A stretch of DNA of 64,000 nt from Raillietiella orientalis. Taxonomy: Eukaryota. The notes under the pieces were generated by a model that did not search any database, was not told where the DNA came from, and saw only the letters and a program-made list of their open reading frames with translations. Location: NCBI GenBank assembly GCA_036172245.1, contig JAYWIR010000006.1:124001-188000 (forward strand). Direction: 5' to 3'. The first letter of the stretch is position 1; every line of letters starts with the position of its first letter. Positions 21,639 to 35,330 of this stretch are shown here, piece by piece. The translations under genes and the position numbers were made by a program.

Positions 21639-24600
21639 ATTTTTTATTAAGGATACAAGACTCCACGTCTGACCTGTCCCACGATGCAACAAGAGTGGCA
21701 CACTCTCAAAAGGGTTATCGGGTGCCCGCCACATCGACTATGGGAATTTTAGCAGGCATGTTCCAAGGAAATGGGAACGTTCCCTGTTACAATCCTATGG
21801 TAAGGATGACCATCGCCCTCTTCGCCGCCATCCGTGTGCGGTGGTGGAAAATGAAAGCCACCAGGAACGCCGTATCACCAATGGAAATCCTGAAAGGGCT
21901 TATCCAGAAGGAGATCGGCATAAGAAACTGTGGAAGAGTACAGGCCTGGAACTACCGATATATCCTGAGAAGGATTGAGGACAACGTCTAGGCATAAACG
22001 ACGTCCAGTTCCCCAAGTGTAGTGAACCTCAGTGTTAATCCCACGAGACAGAATTCCAGGTGACATATGTGGAATGATTGGAGAAAATGAATGTATGAAT
22101 ATGTAGAGTGAACGATGAAAGAAAATAAATTCACCTCGTCCCTTGTGGGACTTGGGGAAAAGAGCCACTTTATCGAAGAATGACTCTGTGGATCATCGAT
22201 TTCATATGTAGACGTGTTAGTGTTACTTATCCACGACTTTGTTCACTCACATGCTTATGATCTCTTTCACCGCATCAAGTATCGTAGCCAAGGGCATCCA
22301 CAATAACCGGACTCGTCGCGAGGTGACGTCATCCACACACGTGTCAGCAAATCAGTTGTCTGTAGCAGTGAGATCGGGGCCACGAAGTGAAATCTTGGAA
22401 TTCTTGCAGTGCATACTGCACTCTATCTCGGCATGACACAGAAATTAAACTCCTCGAAGAAGTCAAGATCGCGATTTTACCTTCCCCTTTGTACAGGAGC
22501 TTCATTGAGAAATAAACGCCGTTTCCAACCGTTTCTGAGCGTGCGAATCAGATGAGGCACCAAGGAAAAGTGCATACACAATGTACTTGGTTACAGCTTG
22601 CCCGATTTCAGCATTCCCCACGGGATATGCATCATGAAGTAGCCCCCGTTGACACTTTTGATGCTGCTAATAAAGTACATTTCATGGAAGCAGATTCCAC
22701 TCCTAAGTTTTTCCGAGGTATGGACTGACTCTCCATCTGAGATAGCACACTGAGCTCATGGCAGAGCGAAATGGCTTCCAAGTACTAGCAAAGCATACAG
22801 AAGCGCTACTGTTACCCTATCTAAATGCTCACCGTTGCTTCTTCTCATCAGTCGATGGGATTATCCAGGAAATTCTCTGAATCAAGCCTGTGCTCTCCTC
22901 AAATGAAACTTGTCTCCACATGCTTAGCAGGCCTCATCTTCTCTTCTTCCCGTGAATAGCTTCATGGCTGTTCCGCACAGGATTCCTCCATGATTAAACA
23001 TCAGGAGTTTATCCTGAGTGTCCGGTGGCAGGTCACTCCTCCGGAGCGTCGTTCCGATCGCCAACAGGTTTATCCCAGCACTCCCGCGGCCATCGGCGGC
23101 TTCTTGGAGGGCATTGGTGTCTTTGTCCTCTTCGACTATTAGTCGGCATGGCATTTTCTTTGTTACCCTGGACCACACAAAGTTGTTGTGGTTTTTCCAT
23201 ATTTCACGGGTCCTATTTTCGATAAAGTGGCTCAGTAGTCAGTTGAAACAGGAAATCGGAGTGAGAATCCCTCGACCTAATTAAATGGATAGAAACGTCC
23301 CTCTGGCAATTGGAATTTTAATTTTAGGCGTTTCGATTAAACTGTTCCGCTTTCTCCCAAAGGTATTGTCTGCTTTTCAAGGATGCAGTGAGGCGAGAAG
23401 TCGTACACGAAGTACCGATGAGAAGGCAGCTGGGAGGCATGCAGGTCAAACTAGACAAGAGAATAGGAAACTGCACTCGTGAGTCTCACTGAAAGGGAGC
23501 AAACCTTTCTGATGGGGATCGATTATCCCGTCCATATGCATCCATTTCTTCATCTTGCGAAGAATGAGTTTTAAAAAAAGTTTCCAAAAGTGTAGTGCTC
23601 GTTGCAACTGACCAGCAGGATATGAAATCAAGTAGAAAAGTGTGCTTTTGAATTCTCCCCATTCGACTGCAACATTTACAGTGGAGGAGAGAAAGACTGA
23701 TTATTTTCTCAGTCTCTTGCTTTGAGGTCAGCTTTTCACAGAGAGGAATACAGGATCCTGCTGTCCCCGTAGGAAGAGGAGCAGGACGTGATCATCTGCG
23801 AGGTAGTGGAAGACATATATATCAGTTGTAGTCTGTTGTTGAGTTCGTGGATCATCAGACCGGGTGGAGGGTAGGAGTATCGACAAAAACCTTCCTGAAG
23901 TGAGACAGAACACTCACCAGGCATCGGTTTGACCTTCCGTTTTTCTCTCCCATAGAGGGACTGACTAGAGCTGATGGGAACCTTGAGGATCTATCTCAGG
24001 AAAAACAGATCCTCAAGGTCAAAGAATGCAATGCGAAAAGAGTCAAAGACCTAGTTCGAAAAGCAGGATTTCTCAAAAGAGTTGTCAACTGTTGAAAAGG
24101 TCAAGGTCTATCTTCGGTCATCAATGGAACAATGAATCTCAGTTGGAATCTGAGTTCTCTAAACACTCTGGTTTGATCGAATGGGATGTCCTTGTATGCC
24201 TCCAGCAAGATACGCCTGGAAACAGGCAGAAAGAGAGAATTATTTCTGGTAACACAGAAATACCACAGTAAGCATCTACAAAAATGCCGCGATGATGCGC
24301 TGAGAACAGTTGTGTCCAAGCAACCAAACAAAGCACGATTTCAAACGGTAGAAAGACCCAGATCTTCTTGACTTCAACTGCCTTTCCTCCAAGGAATGTT
24401 TTTGTGAAGGTCGAGGGGATCCCTGCCGAAAGATCGCGATAATCCGCCGCATTCTTTCGAAAGGACAGACTCCACCGACCGCGAACTTCGCAAACTCGCG
24501 TGGCCTCTCAAAGATACCGCTTCACAGTTTCAATACCATGCGTTCTGCTACTCCCCCTCTGATCGTTCCATCTTTTTTGCCTTAACTTGGAGTTTCATTA

Positions 24601-25860
24601 CCATTCTTGATTCTCGTTTCTCTCTTGAGTTCTTCGGCAAGCAGTCTCTGAGGCACTTTTCATCAGCGAAACTCAGACTCCTACGGTCCAGCCCCCAGCC
24701 TCAATTCCATCACCTACGGATCAAGCGCTTTCAGATGCTTGCTTGCTTTTCAATCGTAGCTTCCTCAGGACTTTGATGCTTGCTTCCGGAGCGCCTTCTT
24801 CTTCCAGCTCTGGGAATGTGGCTCCTACGGATATCCAGTGCTCCAAAAGTGACTTTGAAACAAACCAGCTTGCATCCCAGATGGCCAATGACGGCATAAT
24901 TTTCCCAATTCAGATCGAAGGGCAGCCAGAGGACTTTCCAGTCTTTGGAGATCTGTAGGCAAACAGTGACAAGTCTCAAGTAGGCAGGTGATCCGCCACC
25001 AGAATGTCTGTCCAGAATCACTTGCATAGCACCCTCAAGGCTCTCAAGGGATCAGCAAGACCAGAAAGCCACCTTTCCTGCCCCTGACAGAGTGAAGTGA
25101 ATTTCTATTGGAGTCGAGTGGGACTTGCAGCTCCCGACTTTGTTTGTGCAAGTTCAGTGGATCTACAGACCATGGGGTGTTTGCCAGGACTCCCACCATA
25201 CTCTGTTGCTTGTTTGATTCCACATGCTGTGTGAGTGAACGAGCATTCCCGGTGACGGACTGCAATAGTTTCAGTCCTCGGAATCGCATCACTGATGGTG
25301 GCTACCATCATATTTCCGTTTCAAGCCAGGTCCAAACTGAAGACTTGTTTCCGATATTTAGCATCAAATGCCCCATTGACTTCCATCGTTGGTTTAATTT
25401 TCCCTTTCCTAGCTGTACATTTGGACACAGAAGGCAAAACTGTAGAATACTGAAGATCGTCATTTGGGTCCACTTCGTTTTCAACATGGAGATGATACAG
25501 GCTTAAAGTGATCCAGCTTTCTCCCATTTTTGTAGTACACAAGACTGGCAGCGGAGTTTTATGTTGGAGAAACCTACGAGTTGAAAAATCCAAGTTTCCG
25601 TTTGCATAGAGCCTGCTTACAGCTTGGTTATGAGATCGTTTGTAAGAGGGCAGCACTGCCCATATGAGCGTCCATTGCTTAGCATGCTACGCCGCTGCTC
25701 TTCAAAGTAACACCGCGGAAGTTCCTCCGTGGCTCTCCGCCTGTTTCGCACTGCCTTCGTCTCCCTCCCTATCCCCCCCTGAGGTTTGAAACGGTTCATG
25801 TTTCTACCAACAGCCGCAAAATGTATTTCATTTCTTCCTGTTTCCATTCGCACCCAGTTC
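21639..25860 (-). mobile_element. Near full-length, heavily degenerate L1/Tx1-like LINE; last ~340 bp of ORF2 (21651-21992) inverted
   Basis: Remnants of ORF1 (25050-25650) and ORF2-like sequence on minus; AATAAAAAAA tail at 21639-21648; C-terminal H-x-x-x-CP..W segment reads on plus. Confidence 0.55.
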
Positions 25861-25864
25861 CTCC

Positions 25865-28800
25865 TCAGCTCTCGAGTATCCCACCGGTAATCAGGAACAG
25901 GTCTGGTCCTCGAGATCGAGAACCATCCCCGTCAGAAGGTTCTTGATTTCGGTGGTCAGACCCATTATCACTTATCAGCAACCTCCACTTCAGCAAGGAC
26001 AGGGCGCGATGTCTGTCAGTTTCGTGCGCATGGTCCACAAACAGGGCTGTCCGGAGGATGCGAAAGACTGCGAACACACGTGACCCTGTGGAGGTGCTTC
26101 CTCCATTTCCCAGTGTGTGAGAGTGATGCAGGCGAGGGAGAGGACTTAATAGGCACCGGGATCGCCTCTTAAGGACGCTTCCCTGACTCGAAGAGTGAAG
26201 GGCGTCCGGACATTTCGCCCGCGGCAAGCGGCTGAAGCCGAAAGGAGGCTGGCTTTTCCGGAAGGGATCCCAAGTGGGGAAGCCCCTCGCAGAGCAGCTG
26301 GAGTCTGACGTGCAACAGCAACGCCTCGTGCGCACAGATCACGATGGATTTCCATAGGTGACGGAGAACTTCCGGGTGAGGAGGCGGAGACTCCACCTGC
26401 ACCAATACCGATCCAGCATGGACGCGGGACAACTGCAATTGAGATCATCTCGGGGAAGGGGATGGGAAAGAGTCACCCTGCAAGACTTCCGTGACTCTGG
26501 TGTCTGAAAATCGAAACAGAAGGTGTTTTCCACTTGGGGTGGAAGTTGCTCGTTCAAGAAATGGATCGGTCTTATACATCCCAGATCCCCTGAACCAGTC
26601 CGCCTTTTTTGCGGGGGAGGAGGGGGGAACGGTATGCGCGGAAGCGGCATCGTCCGCACAACTCACGAATCATTCGCTGATTCCGCGCAGCTTTCGAAGA
26701 GAGCTTGCAGATGGAAGCAGAGTCATGCCATAGTTTCCGCCCGAAGCTCTTTGCGTGCTCGCCTGCCTTGCATGTTGTCCAGTTACTCGTCGCCAGGTGC
26801 CGCGTCGATCGAGGCAGTCGAACTTCGAACGCGGGAGCCAAGCGCCTTTCCCTCCCCACCCCTCTGCCCCACCCCAATCGGACCTGCATTTCAGCGCACG
26901 CCCTTCGCGAGCAAACCACCCGAGAATCGCGCTCGGGCTTGGGCGCAGGCGCAGACGTAGCAGTTGCAGGGTGAGGTGGTGGACGCCTGCTCGTAATGGG
27001 TCGCATGAGAGGTCGCGGGTGCGATCTTTCGGGACCCCAATCTGCAGCAGGAGGACGTATAGGCTAACCCGCGAAGGTGGGAGGGCTTTTCTACGCCTGA
27101 GCCCTGAATCCAGGGGAGGGCTGGTGGTCCCACAAGGCGACCGGAGAGACGCTCCTCGAGAAGCAAGTCCCAGCAGGGAACGGAAGGGGACGTGAAGCCA
27201 CTCTGGAGCAGCTGTGACCACGGCGGGACGCTAGGAAGGCAAGGTCAATTTCGCGCCCGTCGTTCTGCGGTCTTCCTTCTCAGGGGACACTCCTTGGGAC
27301 TAATTTCCAGAAAGTACGACGCTCAGCAGGCTGCCTCCGGAACAGACTCGGGAACGTGTGGTTCCGGGTTCCGGATGTGTAGCCTCGGCGACCATCCCGT
27401 AATCAGAACAATTTCGTGCGTAGGCTTCGAGGCAGGTCGGAGAAAAGGGATTTCGGATAACGGGCGCTGCAGAGGACCACTGAAACGCTCTCGGGAGACT
27501 CGTGCAGGGGGGGGGAGACCTCGGGCAATTGCTTCGGATGAGGCAAAAGAATCCTACTAGAGATTCCCGCAATGCCGCATCTCCCGTTCTCGTGGATTCG
27601 TGCCCCGCGCATGTCGGAATCGGAACGAGGGCCACCGTGAGCGACCTGGGTAGGAGATCGCAGGTCGAGAAGTGCCTTCCGGTCGCAGTCTAGAAGTCAG
27701 CCGGTCCGACCGCGAGTTCCGCGCCCTCTTTGCGGCCTCGGGGAGCGCTTCCGAGACTCGCCGAGAGATGACTCCGCAAGGATGTAATCTTCGAAGCGCT
27801 TCTAGGCAGGCACGTTGACGGAGGCGGGACGGAGACGCGCAGTGCAGCAGCGGCGCAGGCGCACTGCCTTCCTAATTCCAGGTTTGCGGATCTCGGCGAC
27901 GGGGGGACTCGCGCCTGCCTAGAACGAACTACGCAGGGTCGGGCTTCGCCGGCGCATCGTCCTTGGAGTCCCGGGAAGGTGCACGGTGGGTGGGAGACGG
28001 GCGTGCCCCGAATCTCCAGCATCTCGTTGAGGGAAGATGCCGCGAGACGGACTTCTCTGGTCTCCTGATCGGGGACGCGCGCGACTCCTGCGTCCGCACG
28101 GACACCCTCTGGGGCAGCAGGAGGAGACAAGGAACAGCTTGGTGCCGGAAGCGGGACGAGGGGGCCGCCCTTCCGCTCTCCCGACTGCGCTACGTTCCCC
28201 CTCGCTCGCGGCCTTGAGCCTCGTTCACTCCCGAGGGGAAGGGAGGAAGCGGCGGGTCCGGCAGGGTGGGTGTGGTGGCTCCTTTCCGCTCCACCTTTCT
28301 CTCAGAGGTCGCCTGGAGCGCGCCATCCTGGCTGTACTCCCCATCCCCACGGGAGTGGGCCACCTGTTTTGCGGGACGCCAGCCACTAGCGCGCCCTCCT
28401 CCCATCCTGAAGGACCTTTCAGGAGAAGAGCTCCCTTGGGAGGCAAAAGAGGAGCACTGACGCCGCTCGCCTTCGCCTGAAGACGAAGCCACGTCTCCAT
28501 GGCATCGGCGGCGCAGCAGAGGTGGCCGCCGCCCGCCCCTCCAGCTGCCGTTGCCGTGATCACCGTCACCTCCTCTTCCGACGATACCGCGCTGGCGGGT
28601 CTCGCAGCATGCATCGGACCGAGGTGGCAGCTGGGGAAAGGCGAGCGAAGGGGTGGGACGGGGAATCGTTCCTGTCTGCGCCCTTGGAGGGCAGACCGGA
28701 CATCTGCCAACCCCATCCCCCGTTCCCCCCCCGCCTGCCCCCGAGCTCCGGAGCGCGGGGGCGGGAAAACTCCCGTCCTTGCGACCCACCCAGATCGACG

Positions 28801-30480
28801 TCAGTAGCTATTTTTAGCCCCAGCGCTTCTGCTCGCTCCATCCATCCGCTCCCCCCCTCCTCGCGCGCTCTCCTGCTTCCAGCGGAGCGAGCAAGGGGAG
28901 GGAGAAGGAGAGGCAGGATTTTTCGGGACTCCTCCCCCCTTTCCCCTGTTCATCACGTGACTGCGCGATCAGTTTGGCACGGGCAGCCCTCCCCCCTGCT
29001 CTATTTGCAGCTGCGATTTGGTTGGTTTCCCCATGGCAACCCGAAGAAAACGCTCCGGCGTCCAGAGGCAGCGACGAGAGCTCGACGAGACGATACCCGA
29101 GGAAGCGAGGGGCTGAAAGGGGGGAACGAAGGAAGAGAGGAGGAGGAAGGGGAATGAAAGAGGAGGAGGAAGAGAGGACGGGGGAGGGGGAGGGGAGGGA
29201 GAATAATCCCGATTTCCCATGGGGACAAGCAGTAGGGGACTAACTGGTCGCCCGCTTGAATGGGGAAGGGGGAGAGACGAGCCCCCAGCTAGGCTTTCCT
29301 CCCCCTGCACCGGGAGGATTTTCGAAACCCCAACTTCCCTTTTCACCAGAGGACGAGGGGAGGATCCTGAAAAACGTCCCCAGCTAGGGGTACCGGCTGC
29401 GTGCGGGACTCTTGAAGAAGAACGGCGAGTTCCCCCGAGGAGCAGCAGCATCTTCTGGTCCTTCTGTCCCTCCACGTCGCAACCTTGTTTTGAGAGACAG
29501 GAAGGTGAAAGCGAGTGAGGGAAAAGAGGAAGAGAGAGTAGAGGCGATTGGGGTAGCCTCCTCCCTCACGATGTCTGTCCTTCCCTCGTTGGCTCGTGGC
29601 AGGGGACAAAGGGTGTGACCACCTCTCCCTCCTCCACGGTTCAATCCCGTACCTTCCCGTTCCAGCAGTCAAAACAAGGAAAGAATACATTCTCCTTTGG
29701 CACAGGTTTTCGGATCCCCCATTCTAACGCGGAAAGGGTTTATCGTCCTCTTTTTCTCCACTAGAGAGTCCCTCCTCGAGGAGTCCCTCCATTCCAAGAG
29801 ACCGCCAGCAGTAGACGTTCCCGCGGCGGCAGCGGTGCCAAAGAGGGGTCGTTACGGGTTCTCATGGGAGGTTCCTTAGAGGAAGGCTATTCGCGGATGC
29901 CCCATCCCGACAAGGAGGCTTCCAATCGCCCCACAGCAACAGCACGCTCCTTTCGGTGGACGGTTGTGTCCCTAGTTGCCAATCGTCGCCTCGATCTGCC
30001 TTAGCTGTCCTACCCCTTCCTCCAGCCCAAGCTTCTGCAGACGTACTGACTGCCGTGTTCGCACAAACGCAACTTCTGGGCAACAACGGAGGCCGGCCGA
30101 AGAGGTCTTCCGTGACATGACGTAGAAGGAAAGACTGAAGACGAAGGCTGCGAGGTAGCAGCCTCAAGAAAGAAAGAGGTGTCGACCCTTACGTCAAAAA
30201 TCCCGATTACAAAGTTTTCCTCATGTCCGAGAAAACCAACGAAGAGTCAGGGGCGAAATTACCAGACTCCAGAGGAGCAGCAGGTCCGTTGGCAAGCAGG
30301 TCTTCAACTAAGATGAGATTCGGTGAGTTACCCCGAAAAGTTGCCTGTTTCTCTAGAGAAACCGAAGCGAAACAGCAGTTGAAAGAAAAAGTGCAGGATT
30401 TTTGAGGCGAGAGTAGAAGCAGGAAAAACGGCAGGAAGAAAGTTCCCTTGAGGAACAAGAAAACGAAACAGAATGGACAT
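25865..30480 (-). mobile_element. Second near full-length degenerate GC-rich L1/Tx1-like LINE
   Basis: EN remnant AMETWLRLQAKASGVSAPL near 28450-28500, weak RT remnants 26570-27500, C-terminal region 25900-26330; 5' end near 30476 resembles the 5' end at 13523 (CATT..AGGGAA..CTGC.GTT). Confidence 0.55.
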
Positions 30481-32720
30481 TGGAGTCTTATACAGAAAGG
30501 TGCCTCATCAAGATTCCATGAAAGTAGCCCCATTCCTCATTTCTGATTAAAGAGCCCCTGAAACGTGTTGGTCATACCCTCCGATTAGCAGCTTTTGTTC
30601 TGGCCAGCTGCTGCAGATCCAGACGGAAGCGATGGCTTCAAGAGTGGGAGGGGATCTTCCCGAAAGTCCAAACGCAGTTGTGGGTGGAGGTGGGGGGTCA
30701 ACCCTGCTTGTCTTCGACACGGCTGCCGCGAACTCTGTTTATTCCATCACCGAAGGCAAGGACAGTGGGACTCCGCACCTGTGCACCCTCAGCTTCGAAG
30801 TCTGAAACAGTGGCCTCACAAACCAGACTTTCCAATCAACGAACTCTACGTGCATTCAAAAAAATGGGAGGAAAGAAATGCACTGCCTGCGTTACCCATA
30901 TCAGGAGAGAGAAATGATAGCAGTAGTTTCTATTTTAGAAAAAGGATTTCAGATTCTTTGATAGAAATGCAAACTCGAACTAAAGCGCTTTAAGATGACA
31001 TCCAGAGAAAAGAGGGTTGGTTTACCTAAATCGTGATAAGCTTTCCATTTGTCCAAAAGCGAATTTTCTCAATCTCCCAGTGCTCGCAGCTCGACATAAC
31101 TTACTTGCCGAGCCTTTCAAGAAAAACGAAGGCACCAATAGCGTTTCATTTGTAGCTCAGAGGATCAATTTTCCACCTGAAGAATCACAATTTATTTATT
31201 TATTTTTTTCTTCGTGGAAGATAGCACGTATCCCATTCATCTGCACTGTGTTTAGAAAGCATCTTGATTGTTTGAGCATTCTTCAGCTGTTTATCAGTAT
31301 GTCGCTATTTTACGAGTCCTTCCAATTATTTTCTGGAATGAATTTTTCTTAGCTGTCAAAGGCAAACAGCTTACATGAATTTGTGTGAATACGTTGTTGC
31401 TATACCCCTTGAATTATCCGTCTCCCCTCTCGAACTGTGTGGCACATGCCTACGGGTGGAAGTATAGAAAGATTCAGTTGTTTGATTTAATTTATTTTCT
31501 TTTCCTGCCAGGTCTGGTGTGTTTTTAACCAATGGGTATCGTGTGCTCTTGAAAACTGACATCGTTCTTATTATATCCTGCAGAACGATGTGAATGCTTC
31601 TTTATTCTTTCAGCTTTCATGAAACCTCGTTTTTAATGATCAGGGCTGCTGACTCGGCTCCAGCCATGTTATAAGAAACCAGAGTTTCTTTTTTCATCTC
31701 GAATTTTAAATTGGCATTTTCCTCTCAACGTCAAGTCGAGTTGTTTCGACCACAGTTGAATTCCATCATTTTTTTTTTTTTTTCAAAGAAAAGTCAAAAA
31801 AGGTGTATCTATACGGACGTATAAAAACACATTTGCGAGTAAACTCGCAGTTCCATAGAAAAGAGATGTGAAAATGAGTACTTCAAAGAGAAAATGATGA
31901 TTTGTCATTTGGAAATGAAGCCTTCAATCACGAAAGCCAAATCCATTCGGAAATCAGATGAAGATCCCTTCTCCAAAGTTGTGGAATCGAATTCACAAGA
32001 GCTCTAATGTTCTCACGTTATTAGAAGCTGCTTTTTTTTTCTCCTTCTTTCTTCCTTTCTTGGAAATAGAGTTTCACCCCATCGGGGGTGGTGAGATCAG
32101 GGTGGTGCCGGAGATTCACTGCTGCTTGCCGATCGAAACGATACATCCTCTCCATCCGATGGAGAGGATGGGTCCAACAGTAGGCGCCTGACTTGGGCGT
32201 ACCCGGGCAACCGCCCCAGTCGAAAAAAATGGGGGGGGAGGGGGGACACCGTCTTGAAAACTTCACACGCGTGTGATTAAAAGTCGCCTCTGTGCGTTCC
32301 CTTGCTGTCTGCCCTATGACTGATTTTTTTTTTTTTTTCCAAAAAAAAAGTGATTTGCAAAACATCCGATATATCCGATTACAGCTGTCTGCAGCATTCC
32401 ACAAGGTCGAATGTAATGCAGAGAATCTCGGGACTTCGTTGTTTGTCCATTGAAATCTGATCCCCTGCAGTCTAGTGGCAAAACAATTGATGCTCCATGC
32501 ATGGCAGATTTCTGTGCTGTACTGATGATCCGTGTGTATTGAAGTTCTGGATCCACCCTTCAGGGAAACTTATTCCAGGAGAGCCTTTTTCCTGGGTTCG
32601 TTCTTCTAAGAAGCTGTGATGTGGGTGACGGAGATAGCTCATTCTGGTTGTAGGGAGAATTCATTAATGAAGAGGATCTAGTTAAGGTATATTGGTACTT
32701 TAGCTTGTGCCTGAAAAGTA

Positions 32721-32762
<42 letters not shown>

Positions 32763-33380
32763 GAAGAAGAAGAGGAAGACAAAAAAAAAAAAAACTGTTT
32801 CTAAGTTTCACGCACATTTTTGAATTTTGCTGATTTTGTAAACTTTGTTATGTTGCACCGTACTACTGCTGCTGTTTTTTTCCCGGAATGTAAATTTGAA
32901 GGTTTTTAGCAAAGTTCTTTCACTTCATCCTCCCGTATTCGAGACATAGGATGATGCCTGTAGTAGTGAAATATTGAAATCATTTTTCGTTACTAATCAA
33001 AATCAGTTCATTCTGGACGAGTGTAAAATGATCCAAGAAAGCGGAATCATGTACAGATGTCGTATGTTTGAATCATGAATGCATTTAAATTAAGTGAGAC
33101 AATTTTTTTAAACTTACATACCACAATGTATCGATGTTTGAAATCCAATCCCAGTGGACTATGTAAAATAAATTCATTCAGATTAGGTCTGTGTTCTTGA
33201 ACTGTTGGGCCTAGTATAATATGGAACTGGAAAAAGGTTGAGGCCTCTGATTAAAGAATGTTTCAACAAAATGCTCTTTTTGTAGATGTAGTTGTCCTTA
33301 TTCCTTTGGAAAAAACTAGTCAGTCAACTTTAATCAGATTGGAGCGTGTCAAGGAGACAGCATTGGATGGTTACCAGTTG

Positions 33381-35330
33381 ATGCACAGAGCAGGTGGTAA
33401 ACATGAAGGCCTGGTGGTTAGCAAAGCTCCACCAAAAGGTACAAGATTAGTTATGTAGACAGAGTATTGGAGGCTGTCCATCACTAGATGGCAATGATAT
33501 TGGGATGGCTCATCTAACCTTGGAATTTAGAGTCTACTTGGTGAACCAATCTACAGGACAGCATAGTCAGGAAAGTCGACAGATATGGTTTTGGTTTCAG
33601 TTAGATACACCAGAAAATTCATGGGCCTTGCTAGCCCAACAGTTCTTTCAGGAACTTATTGCACCAAATGATTTTCCCAGAGGTTACACTTCCTCACATT
33701 TGTGTCCAATTTTATGATTTTCATTACAGACTATGTTGGTTTCTTAACCAGGATGATGACTCTGCTTCGGTATCCTTTTACTTCTATGTGTAGAGTGGAA
33801 GTTAAGTTGACCCAGTTAGGCCCAGCACAGAAACTGCCCTCAGCCCCTAGGCCTAGTGAGTATATTGGCAGCCAGCAGGCAGTTAATCAAGATTGCAGCA
33901 CTGCACTGATTCACTGTAAAGGTTGGAGGGGTGTGCTGTGAAAAATAGGTGGGGAAGGGAAGGACTTGCAACACTTAACTAAGCACCCATTAGTTCTAAT
34001 TCTGTTTCTGATGTCAATACCAAGTCTGATGATATTTTTGTTTTAGCTACACCTCAACTGTCTGAATCATCAGTCCTTGAAATCTTAGAATCAGCATATC
34101 CTTCACCTCTCTCCTTGGTTGAATTAGGACGTCAATTATCAGTCCCACCAGAGGAAGTAGCACCATTTGTCAAGTGTCTTCAGGATAAAGGACTTTTATG
34201 TTGTATTGGAGGCAATGCTTTTACTCGTGTCGTCCAAGATTCCACTCAGGTACTTAATGGGAGTGCCTGTGTGGGAGATGAGCATGATATGTTTAGGTAG
34301 TCAAGCAGATGCCAAGTGTGGCAACTGCCAACCAACCTACCATTGCCATTATCACTGCAGGTTACTGTGAGAAGTTAGCTGTGGATGCTATGATGGATAG
34401 TCGTCAGACATTTGTTCGTTATACCACTGTAGGCAAGTGTTATGTTCTCTCTTCTGGCCATTACTTCATGTGGTGTCAGGTGAATCGAATGTGTATACAC
34501 TAGGAACAATAGGCTGCCATCATGTAGTGTCGACCAAACTTCCTGCTGTTGTAGGCAGCCGGTCTCGGGGTGCCCGTATTGCTGCTGGCAATGGTACTAC
34601 CCGTTTGCTAGGCACTTTCCAGCAAGTGGAGTTTGTATTTGTGATTGGAGTGTGTGGTGGAGTGCCCCAAGTAGCTGATTATAATCGCCATGTGCGATTA
34701 GGCGATGTAGTTGTATCCCATGCTAACCATGGGCAGCGACACCATGTATACTTGGCTTGTCGAGAGCTACATCAACTAGACAATGGCATGTGGCAGTTCG
34801 AGACATGCTCCTGGGCACCAACACAACCCCTTCTTCAGGAAGTAGCTAGTCATCTAGCAGCCAATCCCACTATGCCTTGGCTGCAACATTTGCAAGATGG
34901 AGCAAAGCGACTGCAACAAGCTGACATAGACTTTCAGCGTCCTCCAAAAGGGACAGACAAGTTGTTACTATCCATCGGTGGAGATGATGTTATCGAGTTG
35001 TCACACCCGTCATGTCCTGAGGGTGTGGATCCTGTTAGAGCAGAGGGTATGCCAAAGATCCATTTAGGATTGTTGGCTGGTGGAAAAGACATCATTAACC
35101 ATGAAACAGCACGAATGGAGTTGGCACACAAAATGGGCATTCTCGCATTTGATGCGGATTTCGAAGAAGTCATTAATGGAATCTGCGGTAGTTGCAAGAA
35201 CCATTACATAATCATTCACGGAGTCGCCGATTACCGAGATGGAACTGTTGGACGTGAATGGCAGCCGTATGCTGCATTGGCAGCAGCCAGCTTCATGAAG
35301 ACGATCATATGCGAGCTGGATCCGATTTAA
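33381..35330 (+). CDS. Conserved uncharacterised protein with a predicted winged-helix-like region and a C-terminal purine/uridine nucleoside phosphorylase (PNP_UDP_1)-like domain; exons 33381-33438, 33488-33682, 33730-33855, 34047-34249, 34297-34432, 34480-35330
   Basis: Frame-consistent splicing; PTIAIITAGYCEKLAVDAM, YTLGTIGCHHVVSTKLP, FVIGVCGGVP..VRLGDVVVS, GVADY..WQPYAALAAASF; start codon uncertain. Confidence 0.88.

Noticed and set aside
25865..30200. Many overlapping 100-210 aa ORFs
   Set aside because: Expected in GC-rich degenerate LINE sequence; no coherent gene
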